Positions 50,533 through 60,986 of a stretch of DNA of 64,000 bases are shown in pieces. A program made the position numbers and the translations under genes. Source of the DNA: a virus. The stretch's first letter is position 1. Every line of letters starts with the position of its first letter. Location of the stretch: positions 27,307 to 91,306 of IMG/VR virus record IMGVR_UViG_3300033150_001234, one strand, 5' to 3'. The notes beneath the pieces were generated by a model. It was not told the DNA's origin and did not search any database. It saw only the letters and a list, made by a program, of their open reading frames with translations.

Positions 50533-52184
50533 ACATTTTAGAATTACGAATAAAGCACCTATACAGTCATATAGACACAATCATACCATTTAATAAAGAT
50601 GGTTTTTATTTTATTTATGGTATAAATGTACAAACTAAAGAGAGAAATGGTATAGGAAAAAGTGCAATTATTGAAGCTATAAAATATGTACTATATGGTA
50701 CTGTGCGTACAAAGAGTATAGATGAGGTAATTTCATTCGGTGAAACTATTGCCGAGATAGGTATAACTTTTGAATTTAAGGGAGACATTTATGTAGTAAC
50801 TAGAATAAGGAAAAAAAATTCATCTACGAAGGTAACAATTTATAAAAATAATAAAGATTTAGAAATAATTACGATTAAAGATTGTAATAAATTTATTGAA
50901 AAATTATTAGGTTTAAATTATGAACAATTTATGCACTCATTTTTATTCGGTCAAAATGAATTTGACAATTTACAAAGTTTTACCACGACTAAACTAATCG
51001 AATTTTTAAAAACAATGTTGAACTTAGAAAGATTTGATAACTATAAAGAAAGGGCACAAACTTATCTAAACAAAGTGACTGATGAAATAAATCAGTTGTT
51101 AGGAATGAAAGAAGTAGTGAGTAAACTATCTTCGGTTAATCACTCTAAAAAAGAGTTGCAGGATAATCTAAATAAGATACGCACTAAGTGTAGTAATCAA
51201 GAAAAACTCTATACGGAAACTAAAAAGAAAGTAGATGGATTATTTAGTAAGTTAAAACCTATAGAAAGGGAGCTAGCTTCTGCAACATATAGAAAAAATC
51301 AATTAGAGAGTAACATGACTTACATAGGTAAGGAAAATAAATGCCCGATGTGTAAACAATTATTGATTAATAATGTTGAATTAAAACGGGAACAACAAAA
51401 AGAGTTAAAAGAGGTGATACAAAAAGTAGGAGGTTTATTTTTAGAGGTTGAAAACTGTAAGTCAGAATATGAGCAGGAAAATAAGATTAAGGAAGATTTA
51501 ACACAGTTATTAAATGGATTATCTACAAAATTAGGTGAAACAAATCAACAATTAAAAGTATTAATAGAGTGTGAGGGGTTAGATGTAGAACAAATAGAAA
51601 TAAAGTATAAAGAATTATCCGAAAAGAAAGTGATGTTAGAAGAAGCAGTGAAGATTTTTAGTAATAAGGGATTACCCTTGTATTATCTAACTAAGAGTAT
51701 TCCAAAATTAGAAAATGTAATAAATAATACGTTGAGTCAATTATCAGAATTCAGGATAAAGATAAAAACTCAAGGTTTACAAAAATCTACTTTGAGATTA
51801 ACAAACATGTGTGAGATTAAAATATTTAGAGGTATCAATGAATATTCGTTGCAACAACTATCTGGTGGACAGGAGAGATTAGTTAATTTTGCATTTAGAA
51901 TAGGCATAGCGAAAATATTTTCAGAGAAGTCTAAGTTTGATACTCTATTCTTAGATGAAATATTTGGAGCATTGGGAGAGGTAAATAGAGAAAATTTAGT
52001 AGCTCAAATTAAAACATTGAAGAAGAACTTTAAAAAAATACTAATTATATCTCACTTAGATGAGATTAAGGATTACTTTAAAGATGAAGCTAATAATATA
52101 TTTATAGAATTTGACAAGGGTGTGTCCAGAATAGTATATAATAATAGTAGGGAGGAAAACATAAATGAAGTGGACCAAAGATAA
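50529..52184 (+). CDS. sbcC: SbcC/Rad50-like ATPase
   Basis: NGIGKS Walker A, coiled coil with CPMC zinc hook, LSGGQ, FLDE, ISH. Confidence 0.9.
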   Translation: MNILELRIKHLYSHIDTIIPFNKDGFYFIYGINVQTKERNGIGKSAIIEAIKYVLYGTVRTKSIDEVISFGETIAEIGITFEFKGDIYVVTRIRKKNSSTKVTIYKNNKDLEIITIKDCNKFIEKLLGLNYEQFMHSFLFGQNEFDNLQSFTTTKLIEFLKTMLNLERFDNYKERAQTYLNKVTDEINQLLGMKEVVSKLSSVNHSKKELQDNLNKIRTKCSNQEKLYTETKKKVDGLFSKLKPIERELASATYRKNQLESNMTYIGKENKCPMCKQLLINNVELKREQQKELKEVIQKVGGLFLEVENCKSEYEQENKIKEDLTQLLNGLSTKLGETNQQLKVLIECEGLDVEQIEIKYKELSEKKVMLEEAVKIFSNKGLPLYYLTKSIPKLENVINNTLSQLSEFRIKIKTQGLQKSTLRLTNMCEIKIFRGINEYSLQQLSGGQERLVNFAFRIGIAKIFSEKSKFDTLFLDEIFGALGEVNRENLVAQIKTLKKNFKKILIISHLDEIKDYFKDEANNIFIEFDKGVSRIVYNNSREENINEVDQR

Positions 52185-53298
52185 AGGAAATACACTACGT
52201 AGTTTAGCAAGACAGGGTTTGACATACGAACAAATGGGAGAAGCTTTTGGAGTTTCCTATGATGCAGTACGTAGAAAGATGAGAAATCTAGGTATTAAAT
52301 ATGAGCTCAAAGAAACTTTAAAAGTTGATACAGGAGATATAATAAAAGTACCTAAGACTCAACAAGGTGAATTTATAGCTGAGTTTGGGGATAATATAGT
52401 TAAGGCAATTGCTAAACACAAGTTAGTATTGCCTAAAGTATCATTAATGACTAAATCAACTTCTAAAAGAGAAGAATTTAGTATACTAGATTTATCAGAC
52501 ATTCATTACGGTATGGTAAATAAGGTCTTTGATTCTAAATTGGGTAGAGACAGAGTAACATATAACAGAGAAATATTTAAAGTAGAATTACATAATTTAA
52601 TTGAGTCTATAGGTCAAATACATGGCCTATTATCAACATCATATAGTTTAAAGAAGTTATACATTAATTTCCTAGGTGATATAATTACAAATGATAGAAT
52701 TTTTGAAGGCCAAGTATTTCATATAGAGGGGTGTGCTGGACAGCAAATTTGGGAAGTTCAAGCGCATATGATTTTTCTTATTAACCAATTATTGTGTTAC
52801 TATGAAGAAATAGAGGTAAATTGTGTAGTAGGAAATCATGGTAGAAGTAGAGCTATTTCAAAAGTAGATGAACCTGTACAAAATAATTTTGAATATCATC
52901 TTTATAGAATCATTCAAATTGCTTTTGAAAAAGAAAAAAGAGTTAAAGTAAATGTTCCCACAAGCTATGAACATATAGCAGATATAGGACCGTGGAAACA
53001 TTTACTATTACATGGTGATAAAATGCGAGGTTCCTCTAAAAATAATATTGAAAAACAGGTAAAAGATTTAATATTAAATGTAGGAAATTTTGATTCTTTA
53101 GATATGGGGCATTTTCACTTTTGTGGTAAAACACCCGTGGGTGAAAGTGTAGTAGTAAAACATAACGGATGCTGGATTGAAAAGGATGACTATGCATTTA
53201 GAATGTTTAAGACATATTCGATACCAGAACAGCATTTTTATGGTTGCAATGTAAGACGTAATAAAACATGGGCATATGAGATAGACCTTCGATGGTAA
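52165..53298 (+). CDS. HTH + calcineurin-like metallophosphoesterase
   Basis: N-terminal HTH; SDIHYG, GD, GNHGR, HGD, GHFH. Confidence 0.8.
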   Translation: MKWTKDKGNTLRSLARQGLTYEQMGEAFGVSYDAVRRKMRNLGIKYELKETLKVDTGDIIKVPKTQQGEFIAEFGDNIVKAIAKHKLVLPKVSLMTKSTSKREEFSILDLSDIHYGMVNKVFDSKLGRDRVTYNREIFKVELHNLIESIGQIHGLLSTSYSLKKLYINFLGDIITNDRIFEGQVFHIEGCAGQQIWEVQAHMIFLINQLLCYYEEIEVNCVVGNHGRSRAISKVDEPVQNNFEYHLYRIIQIAFEKEKRVKVNVPTSYEHIADIGPWKHLLLHGDKMRGSSKNNIEKQVKDLILNVGNFDSLDMGHFHFCGKTPVGESVVVKHNGCWIEKDDYAFRMFKTYSIPEQHFYGCNVRRNKTWAYEIDLRW

Positions 53299-53318
53299 TC
53301 GGATAAGGAGATTAAGTA

Positions 53319-53975
53319 ATGGAAATGAAATTAAATTCTATGATTGAGCATACATTATTGAAACCAGAAGCAAAGTGGGGGGATTTAAGAAAATTATGTG
53401 AGGAGGCAAGATATCATGCTTTCCGAAGTGTGTGTGTAAATCCTGAGTGGGTATATTATTGTAAAAAACAATTAGAAGGTACGGCTATTAAAGTTGTACA
53501 GGTTTATAATTTTCCTACTTCAAAAAGTGAATTGTTGCAAGGAGATGAGGTAGATGTGTTTGTACAATTGAGAGGCATCAGCAGAAATACACAAACCAAA
53601 GAAGTGGGTAAGTTAGTTATTAAAGGAACAATTCAAGGAATAGAGAAGCAAGGGATTGATAAAAAAAATATTAAGGTTGTTATTGAAACAAGACAATTAT
53701 CAGATAGAGATATAATTATTGCAAGTAAATTTTGTGCTAATGAAAAAGTAGGTTATATTAAATCTTCTACAGGATTATATAAGAGGGTTAATGGAAGAAC
53801 TAATTTACAGGATTTAGAGTTAATTAAAAGAGGTTTAAGATTTTGTATGTATAAACCAAAAATTAAAATAGCTGGCGGTATACGTACAATGAAAGATGTA
53901 AATGAATTAACTTGTAAGGGTGCAGATTTAATTGGTTCTTCTGTGGGACCAAATATATGTAAGGTTATGGATTAA
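53319..53975 (+). CDS. deoC: Deoxyribose-phosphate aldolase-like
   Basis: IEHTLLKP, SVCVNP, KVVIET, KSSTG, KIAGGIRT, GADLIGSS. Confidence 0.85.
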   Translation: MEMKLNSMIEHTLLKPEAKWGDLRKLCEEARYHAFRSVCVNPEWVYYCKKQLEGTAIKVVQVYNFPTSKSELLQGDEVDVFVQLRGISRNTQTKEVGKLVIKGTIQGIEKQGIDKKNIKVVIETRQLSDRDIIIASKFCANEKVGYIKSSTGLYKRVNGRTNLQDLELIKRGLRFCMYKPKIKIAGGIRTMKDVNELTCKGADLIGSSVGPNICKVMD

Positions 53976-53987
53976 GAGGTGAGTTAA

Positions 53988-54563
53988 ATGTATGGCATAT
54001 TCGAAAATAAATATTTAGTATATATGATTGGAGCGATGCAAGGGGTTTTTGAAGACCCTGAGGGTCATAAGACTGAATTCGAGTGGAGAAAGGAACTTAA
54101 ATCCTGGGCGGAAAAATTAAATCTTCCTATCATATGGCTAGACCCGATTGAAATGGAAGAACAAAAAACGGGTGATAGAACTCAAATACTACACGAGAAA
54201 TGGGTTGGGTGGAAGAAAAGCGGACATCATGATTTATATGTCGAGTCTGGCAGTAGAATCTGGTGGGGAACTCCCACATGTTGGGGGGACTATGATTGCG
54301 TAGTACATGCTGCCTTTATTATAGGATATGGTTCAAATAGTTATATTAGTCCAGGGACACATAAGGAATTAGGGGTAGCTGAATACCACAGGGTTCCTGT
54401 ATTGTGGGTTTCACCTGATAATATGTCTGATGTAAAAGACTCGACACACTTTGGAGCAATACTATCAGGTGGGGGATTATATCAAAATTTTAATCAAGTA
54501 AAGAGAGAAATAATAAAACGTTGTCAACTTTTAGGGTGGAACGAAATAAATAAGGAGGATTGA
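53988..54563 (+). CDS. Nucleoside 2-deoxyribosyltransferase-like / nucleotide N-hydrolase
   Basis: VYMIGAM...WR, D..V, SPGTHKELG. Confidence 0.7.
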   Translation: MYGIFENKYLVYMIGAMQGVFEDPEGHKTEFEWRKELKSWAEKLNLPIIWLDPIEMEEQKTGDRTQILHEKWVGWKKSGHHDLYVESGSRIWWGTPTCWGDYDCVVHAAFIIGYGSNSYISPGTHKELGVAEYHRVPVLWVSPDNMSDVKDSTHFGAILSGGGLYQNFNQVKREIIKRCQLLGWNEINKED

Positions 54564-54564
54564 G

Positions 54565-54963
54565 ATGAATAGCCACACGAAAAGCGAAACTAAGAAGCTA
54601 ACAGCAAGATTTTGCAATATTATGAGTGATTTTAAGGGACACAAGGATTTCATAAATGTGTTATTAGATATAATGGAAATGCACAATAATAAATCGAACG
54701 ATTATGCTTCAAGAGAAAATCCATTTTCAAATGTTGAGTTATGCGAAAGAGGAGGGTTTCCAGCATGGAAGGGAGTGATTATTCGCCTAGGCGATAAATA
54801 TTCAAGATTATTAAATGCATTAAGAGGTAGGCTATTCAAATATGAGGGAATAGAGGATGCGTTTCTTGATAACGCTAGTTACTCTATAATTGGTTTAATA
54901 GAGTATCGAAAAATAAATAAGGAACTTGATAAAAATGAAACTAAGAAGAAAAATAAGAAATAA
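54565..54963 (+). CDS. DUF1599 / nucleotide-modification-associated domain 1 (Nmad1)
   Basis: KSNDYA...PFSN, IRLGDKYSRL, IEDAFLD..SY. Confidence 0.75.
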   Translation: MNSHTKSETKKLTARFCNIMSDFKGHKDFINVLLDIMEMHNNKSNDYASRENPFSNVELCERGGFPAWKGVIIRLGDKYSRLLNALRGRLFKYEGIEDAFLDNASYSIIGLIEYRKINKELDKNETKKKNKK

Positions 54964-55279
54964 CAAGTCAGACGACTTAAGTCATCAGAAGAGGTCATTA
55001 GAGCAATTATTAGATGAAATAAATGGCTCGCTGGAATATTTAAGTAGACATTTTCATCTCGGAGGATATGATTCGAAGGACTTATTGCAAATAATGAGGC
55101 TTCACATTATTGAAACATACAGAAAAAATCGTGTATATTACAGCAGAAGAACATTGGGCTTTTGGTTCATGAGATGTAGGTGGAGTTTATTGAATTTGCA
55201 CAGAGTAAATTCAAGAAGAAATCCTCTTGCAAACTCAATTTCGATTGATAATGTCGTTGACAATTTTCGTAAGGATTAA
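54935..55279 (+). CDS. Sigma factor region 2-like protein (half of a split sigma)
   Basis: DSKDLLQ...LHIIE...FW...RWSLLNL.R. Confidence 0.55.
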   Translation: MKLRRKIRNNKSDDLSHQKRSLEQLLDEINGSLEYLSRHFHLGGYDSKDLLQIMRLHIIETYRKNRVYYSRRTLGFWFMRCRWSLLNLHRVNSRRNPLANSISIDNVVDNFRKD

Positions 55280-55280
55280 A

Positions 55281-55520
55281 ATGAATAGATTAAATGAAAT
55301 TTTAAAAACAAGTAGCATAAGCATTACCTTTAATTTATTGTATGAAGACCTCCGAGAGAGATTAACACCCGAGCAATTATCAATAATAAAATACAAATCC
55401 GAAGGTTACAAGAACACTGAAATTGCAAAAAAATTAAAGGTTTGTCCCGCAACGATAACTAAGAGAATGTATATAATTAAGAAGAAGATAAAGAGGTATT
55501 TTAAAGATGGATTTAAGTAA
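55281..55520 (+). CDS. Sigma factor region 4 / HTH protein
   Basis: LTPEQLSII...EGYKNTEIAKKLKVCPATITKR; ATG one base after upstream stop. Confidence 0.75.
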   Translation: MNRLNEILKTSSISITFNLLYEDLRERLTPEQLSIIKYKSEGYKNTEIAKKLKVCPATITKRMYIIKKKIKRYFKDGFK

Positions 55521-55797
55521 ACTTCAACAATTTAGAGATGAAGAGCTATCCAATCTAGTTTCTTTAGTAAAAATATACAGGGAACACTTAAAAACAGAGA
55601 TTGATACTGTAAGAATATCTTTTTATAAATATTCGATAAATCTTACAATAGTAAGAATAAATGAATTATTAAACGGTGAAATTAAACTTAATACAGAATT
55701 TCGTAATTTATTTGAATCTGAAACAAAGGAAATTTTTAAGAGTAAGTTAGATAAATTAGGAGATGATACTTTAGATTTAGATGACTTTAGTCACTGA
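55507..55797 (+). CDS. Hypothetical protein
   Basis: ORF with SD GAGG. Confidence 0.55.
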   Translation: MDLSKLQQFRDEELSNLVSLVKIYREHLKTEIDTVRISFYKYSINLTIVRINELLNGEIKLNTEFRNLFESETKEIFKSKLDKLGDDTLDLDDFSH

Positions 55798-55806
55798 GGC
55801 TGATAG

Positions 55807-56445
55807 ATGTTAGAAAAAGAAATAGAATTCAGAAGAAAGAAAGTGGAGGAATTAAAGCTCAAGGGATACTCGCAAAAGAGTATTGCCGAAAAGCTAGGCG
55901 TAACCGAGCAGACTATTTGCGCTGATGTGAAAATGCTGAATGAAAGATACAAGAAATTAGTAATAGAAAACCCACAATATTTAGAAAAAAGAGTAGAGAA
56001 AATATTAGAGTGGTTGGATAAATATGACTTGGTATTAACTCAGCTATACGACCTTAAGGAAGGCAATGCTACCACTGATGAGACAATCATTGGTATGATA
56101 GATAGATTTTTACCAGAGATAACCGAAGGTGAGGAAAGCATAAAGAAACAGAGAAGATTAAAGCGTTCAAACTATAAAAGACAACTAAACAGATTGGCAA
56201 AGAGTAATACTGTGGTTCAAACATCAATATTAAAAGAAGTGAGACAAACATTATCTGACCAAACTAAATTATTGCAGTTAGTCAGTGGTAACAATACTTA
56301 TGTGCAACAGAATAATTATATTGCTATTAATAAGGTAGAGTTAATATTTGAAAAGATGAATTTTATTATTCAGAAATATGTATTCGAAGATAAGCGATTG
56401 GAGGTATACAATATCTTGAAAAGCATTGACCTGGAGGGAGAATAA
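55807..56445 (+). CDS. HTH protein, putative terminase small subunit
   Basis: RRKKV..L...GYSQ..IAEKLGV...TI..D, coiled coil, QQNN linker. Confidence 0.5.
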   Translation: MLEKEIEFRRKKVEELKLKGYSQKSIAEKLGVTEQTICADVKMLNERYKKLVIENPQYLEKRVEKILEWLDKYDLVLTQLYDLKEGNATTDETIIGMIDRFLPEITEGEESIKKQRRLKRSNYKRQLNRLAKSNTVVQTSILKEVRQTLSDQTKLLQLVSGNNTYVQQNNYIAINKVELIFEKMNFIIQKYVFEDKRLEVYNILKSIDLEGE

Positions 56446-56446
56446 A

Positions 56447-56761
56447 ATGAAATATTTATTAGAAGAAATTAAAAAGGAACGTATTAAATATATTCTTGAT
56501 ATTTACAATTATGGAGAATATAGAAGAGGCTTAGCAAATAAAGAAATAGATATACATTTAAGAGTAAGAGCTATTGGTACAAAATATGCGAAATATTCAA
56601 CAAAGCAATTACGTAATAAGTTTTCAAAAATAGCAGGAGTAAATACGGGTGCCCTTGTAACATGTCCAATATGTCAAAAGCCAATATCGTTAATGTATAG
56701 AAGCGATGTGGAGAGATTTGCTGACCAAATGTTTCAAGATATTCCTACCTATTGGGATTGA
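56447..56761 (+). CDS. Hypothetical protein
   Basis: SD GGAGGGAG; CPIC. Confidence 0.6.
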   Translation: MKYLLEEIKKERIKYILDIYNYGEYRRGLANKEIDIHLRVRAIGTKYAKYSTKQLRNKFSKIAGVNTGALVTCPICQKPISLMYRSDVERFADQMFQDIPTYWD

Positions 56762-56779
56762 ATCCGCATAGATGCATAT

Positions 56780-56958
56780 TAAAGGAAGGACGACAAATTA
56801 TCGTTCCTTTTGTGCGCCAAACCGACCCTTACCAAAAATAAATATTCCTCATTGTCCTAAGTTGTTTAGTATCAACGGTTTAGAGACACAATCTTTTTAA
56901 CAATAAGTTGTCAATTCTCTGTGTATATGGTATAATAGAATTGACGGTAAAGGACATG
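56780..56958 (+). repeat. 179-bp imperfect direct repeat, copy 2
   Basis: Offset 23,875 bp from copy 1; promoter TTGTCA 56908-56913 and TATAAT 56931-56936; IHF consensus TATCAACGGTTTA 56870-56882. Confidence 0.95.
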
Positions 56959-56991
56959 GTTAAAAGGAAACAATTAAAAGGGAGGTTTAAA

Positions 56992-59787
56992 ATGAAAAAA
57001 GTAAATGTAAAAAAAATGATGAGTTTGAGAATTAAATTACAGGAAGAATTAAAACAAAATATTATTAAGGGGTTAGATGTAGATATGATTACTTTGAGAG
57101 AAATAAAAAAAGAAATTAATGAAGTATTAATCAAAAATGGTTATTTACAAATATAAGTTGTCAAAAAATTAAAAATATGCTATACTTGTATTATAAGGGA
57201 AAGAGATAGTCAATAATAACCAGGAGGACACTAAAATGCTAGGTAGTAAAAATAGAGATTACAAAACAGGTAATAGATTGATTGAAGCGAAGGTCCTGGT
57301 GCACAAACGAAAAATAGAACTTTACATGGAAATGGAAAAGTTGGACAATGCCGCTGCTAGTAAAAGGGCATATGACGAAATAGTATCAGGATTACATAAT
57401 ATAGAAATAAGAGAAGAAGTGGCCAGACTGAAAAGCAAATAAAGGGAGAATAATTATGTCACAGATTATAAAGAGAGAAGAGTTAATAGGATACGAGTTT
57501 AGTACTACTTTAGCTAGTGTCTCAAATGTAAACTATGGTGAAAATAAAAACTTGTCCATTGTTGTTACAGTAGGAGAGATAGCACCTACTGCAGTATATA
57601 TGGTGAAGTCACAAGGTAAGTGTGTATACGAAGGAAGAATATTTATATTAGCACTTAATATTTATAACAAAGCCTAAAGAGTGAAAGGAAAGATATGAAA
57701 AGACAATATTTTTTATATTTAAAAGAACATAATGAAGGTATTGTAATTGAAGATAATAGTTTACAAACAATAAAACAAGCTATTAGTAAGTATTACAGGT
57801 GTACGGAAAGGGATACCGTAAAAGTTAGTTCACTTTGTTATACGTTATTGGATAGTAAATTTCTAAATGGCTATAAAGTATTACCAATAGTAAAATAAAG
57901 CGAAAGGAAAGATTATGAAAGTTAGTGAATCTACAATTTATTCTATTGAAAAAGAAGATTGGAAAAAAGCCAAGGGAGTTAAGTTTACGGGAATTGAAAC
58001 TAATTCAGCATTAATAATGCGGGATTATTCAATAGAATGTGAATTAAGTAAATGTATTTGTGTTATAAAAGGTTATTTTATATGGTGGTGTACTAATCAT
58101 CATCAACCATATTTTCAATGTGAAAGAGGTAGAGAAGAAAAAATACTTAACACAAAGTGAAAGGAAAAAGTATGATTAACTACCATATAGGTCAAAGGTT
58201 TAAGTTAAAGGGTTATGACACTATATATTTGTTAGCGCAGGTAGCTTTTGGAGCTGTAGGTTTGATTTCATTAACTACGTACAATAGATGGGTAGAACCT
58301 GTAAAGGTAGATGTCGTTAATCAAATTACAGAAAAAGAATTTAATGCTATTTGTGGTTCAGGTGCAGGTAGATTTAAACTTAAAACAAAGTGATGAATTT
58401 TTTAAAATGTAAATAATTAAGGAGGAGTTAAATAATGAGTGTACAATTATCACCTAAATCACATTTTCAAAAGCGTATGAAATGACTGCATTGTACTATG
58501 AGGAGTTTGAATATTAGCATAACTCCTAAGGAACCACAGGGATATGGAATAGATGGATTCAGATTACGTCTGACTGCGCAGATGCTGATAGGTTCATAGG
58601 CAACAATGTATATGGTAGGAAACTTCAGGATTTTAAAGGCTCTAAAGCGAAAGGAGAAAGAGATGACTAAAAATGAAAGGTGGATAAAAGGACATATTGT
58701 AAAAACATTACATTGTAGGGCAGAACATATTTTAGCAGTAGCAGAATTAAAGGGATTTGTAGTAGTAGAATTTGATGATAGTCCCGAAGATTATGAGGCA
58801 AAGGAAGAATTAAAGGAAACAGTAGAATCAACGGGAGGTATTGTTTTTCAAGACAATAACCCATATGTATATTGTTACGTATTAGATGGTTATAGGAAAT
58901 TAACGAGGGAGGATTAAAATAAAGCGAAAGGAGTATTAGGCTATGATAAAGGATATTAACGGATATAGGGTAAGGATAAGCCAGAAAGAAGGTATGAAAT
59001 ATATAAAGGTATATAAGAAAAATAAGATAAATCAAGAGTTTATACCCAATTTCTCAACCGAAAAAGAATTAACAGTAATCGCAACGAGGATGGTGAAAGA
59101 AATAGAAAGTGCATGAAATAAAAGGAAATATTATAAATAAGGATAAACCATTACTATAAAAAGGGTTAAGTAAGTTCTAAATTTTAATTCAATTTAATAT
59201 ATAATAAGAGGAAGAACAATGACAGAAATTGAAGTACAAATAAAAATAGGGAAACAAATAGAAAGTAGAATAAAAGAAATATATAACAGACAAGGAATGG
59301 TAGAGACACCCATTATCAGGAAAATACTAAATAGACACATAAGGATATTGGGTGAAAGGAATATCGAAAATATGTTTTTGAACTTATTCACTAAATATGG
59401 TAGTAACTACGTAAGTGGAAAGGAAGGGAGGGTGTGGGATGGAAATGTTGAAGCATTTTATAGATAACACAATGACTACTTATAAGACAGCTTTTGAGGA
59501 AGGCAGAAAAATCGGGTTTAAAGAGGGGTATAGGAAAGCAAACGAGGAGATATTAGAAATAATTAACAAAGATAAGAAAAGCGAGGGATGATATGGTAGA
59601 GAAGAAAAGTTATAATGAAAAAGATTATTCAAAATTTGTAGCATTAAGAGATAGATGTTCAAAATTTGGGTTTGATAATTATGATAGGAATATAGCCAGA
59701 CTAGACACGACTGAATTTTTAAGAGGATTTGATGATAAAACGCAAGCGAAAATGTTTAAGAGGGATGACAAAGAACATTCAGGATGA
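56992..59787 (+). CDS. Array of small early hypothetical ORFs
   Basis: ORFs at 56992, 57236, 57456, 57695, 57915, 58172, 58663, 59219, 59593 with SD sequences. Confidence 0.6.
57158..57186 (+). promoter_or_regulatory. Sigma70 promoter TTGTCA-N17-TATACT (extended TG)
   Basis: Shares AAAAATATGCTATACTT with the promoter at 33499. Confidence 0.75.
57678..58932 (+). repeat. Five copies of leader motif A(A/G)AG(C/T)GAAAGGA before small ORFs
   Basis: 57678, 57897, 58154, 58644, 58921. Confidence 0.75.
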
Positions 59788-59799
59788 TGGAGGAAATAA

Positions 59800-60222
59800 A
59801 TGAAGATAGTTAAATATCCGGATAAGAGATTGCATGAGATATCAAAGGAAGTGGGATTTATACAATTTTTAATACTAAGACATAAAATGCCTGAGCTAGT
59901 GAAGTTTATGCAGGATAACAATGGATGTGGACTTGCGGGTGTTCAGGTAGGAATGATGAAGAGATTTTTTATAATGATTAAGTCAGGTAAGGTAACTATA
60001 GTATATAATCCTATAATAGTAAAGTATAGTACATGTGAGCAATATGTACAGGAAGGATGTTTAAGTGTACCTAAGCAGCATTTTAAGACACGGTCACGCG
60101 ACATTGATGTAATGTACCAAGATAATAACCTTATGCCAGTAAAAGAGCATTTAAACGGTGTTAATGCTATTGTATTTCAGCATGAATACGACCACTTGAA
60201 CGGAAAATTGATTAACGATTAA
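59800..60222 (+). CDS. def: Peptide deformylase
   Basis: GCGLAGVQVG, EGCLS, QHEYDHLNG. Confidence 0.95.
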   Translation: MKIVKYPDKRLHEISKEVGFIQFLILRHKMPELVKFMQDNNGCGLAGVQVGMMKRFFIMIKSGKVTIVYNPIIVKYSTCEQYVQEGCLSVPKQHFKTRSRDIDVMYQDNNLMPVKEHLNGVNAIVFQHEYDHLNGKLIND

Positions 60223-60254
60223 ATGAGAGCAATAAGTAATCGCCAAAGAGAGGA

Positions 60255-60826
60255 TTGATTATGAAGCATACGCAATGGGAATGGAACGGAGATAGAACTA
60301 TTTTATATGCAGATGATGAAATTGTTCTTAAAATGGTCGATGAATGGTTTTGTGAACTGCCAACAAAGAAAGAAGCTAAACGAATAGTCCATTGCTGTAA
60401 TAATTTTGATGAGTTAGTATACACATTAGAAAAAATAATAAGTAATACTCAATCTGATTGTAATGATAGAAATTGTGGAAAATGTTCCTATTGTATTGCC
60501 AGACGATTAATTAAAGAAGCAGAGGAAGTATAATGTGAAACATACACAAGGGAAATGGTATATAATATAGAAAAGGAGATATAATGAAAAATAAAAGAGA
60601 GCCTTGCAGTCATAATGCAAACTACGTAGTATCAGAAGTGACAGCTAAGTTAAAGAAACATAAGTTAAAAGTAGAATATGTAACGATAATAGATTCTGCA
60701 GGTCGTAAAAGAGTTACTGAAGATGTTAAGTGTATCCGAGTAAGAAAAGGTTGCACAATAGGAATAAAACTATTAGGTATGATTGATTTCTTAGGTGTTC
60801 CAATAATAAGAGAAGGTAAAAAGTAA
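60255..60826 (+). CDS. Two hypothetical proteins (60255-60533, 60584-60826)
   Basis: ORFs with SD sequences. Confidence 0.55.
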
Positions 60827-60986
60827 AATGTATAAATATACAATAAAAGCATATGATGGTATTGTTGTGCCAAGAAATTCTATTAATATTATAGTTACGG
60901 AAATTACTTCTGAATGCGCAATTGTTAAGGCGAAACAAATAGAGCAGCGTAGTAATTACGTTATTATAGGTATTGAGGAGATATAA

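Noticed and set aside
52111-52142. Consensus sigma70 promoter (TTGACA...TATAAT)
   Set aside because: Spacer is 20 bp, outside the normal range, and it lies within the sbcC coding end
32905-56958. attL/attR of an integrated element, or terminal repeats
   Set aside because: No integrase seen, copies are about 13% diverged and internal, and the enclosed genes are core replication functions; kept as a regulatory repeat instead
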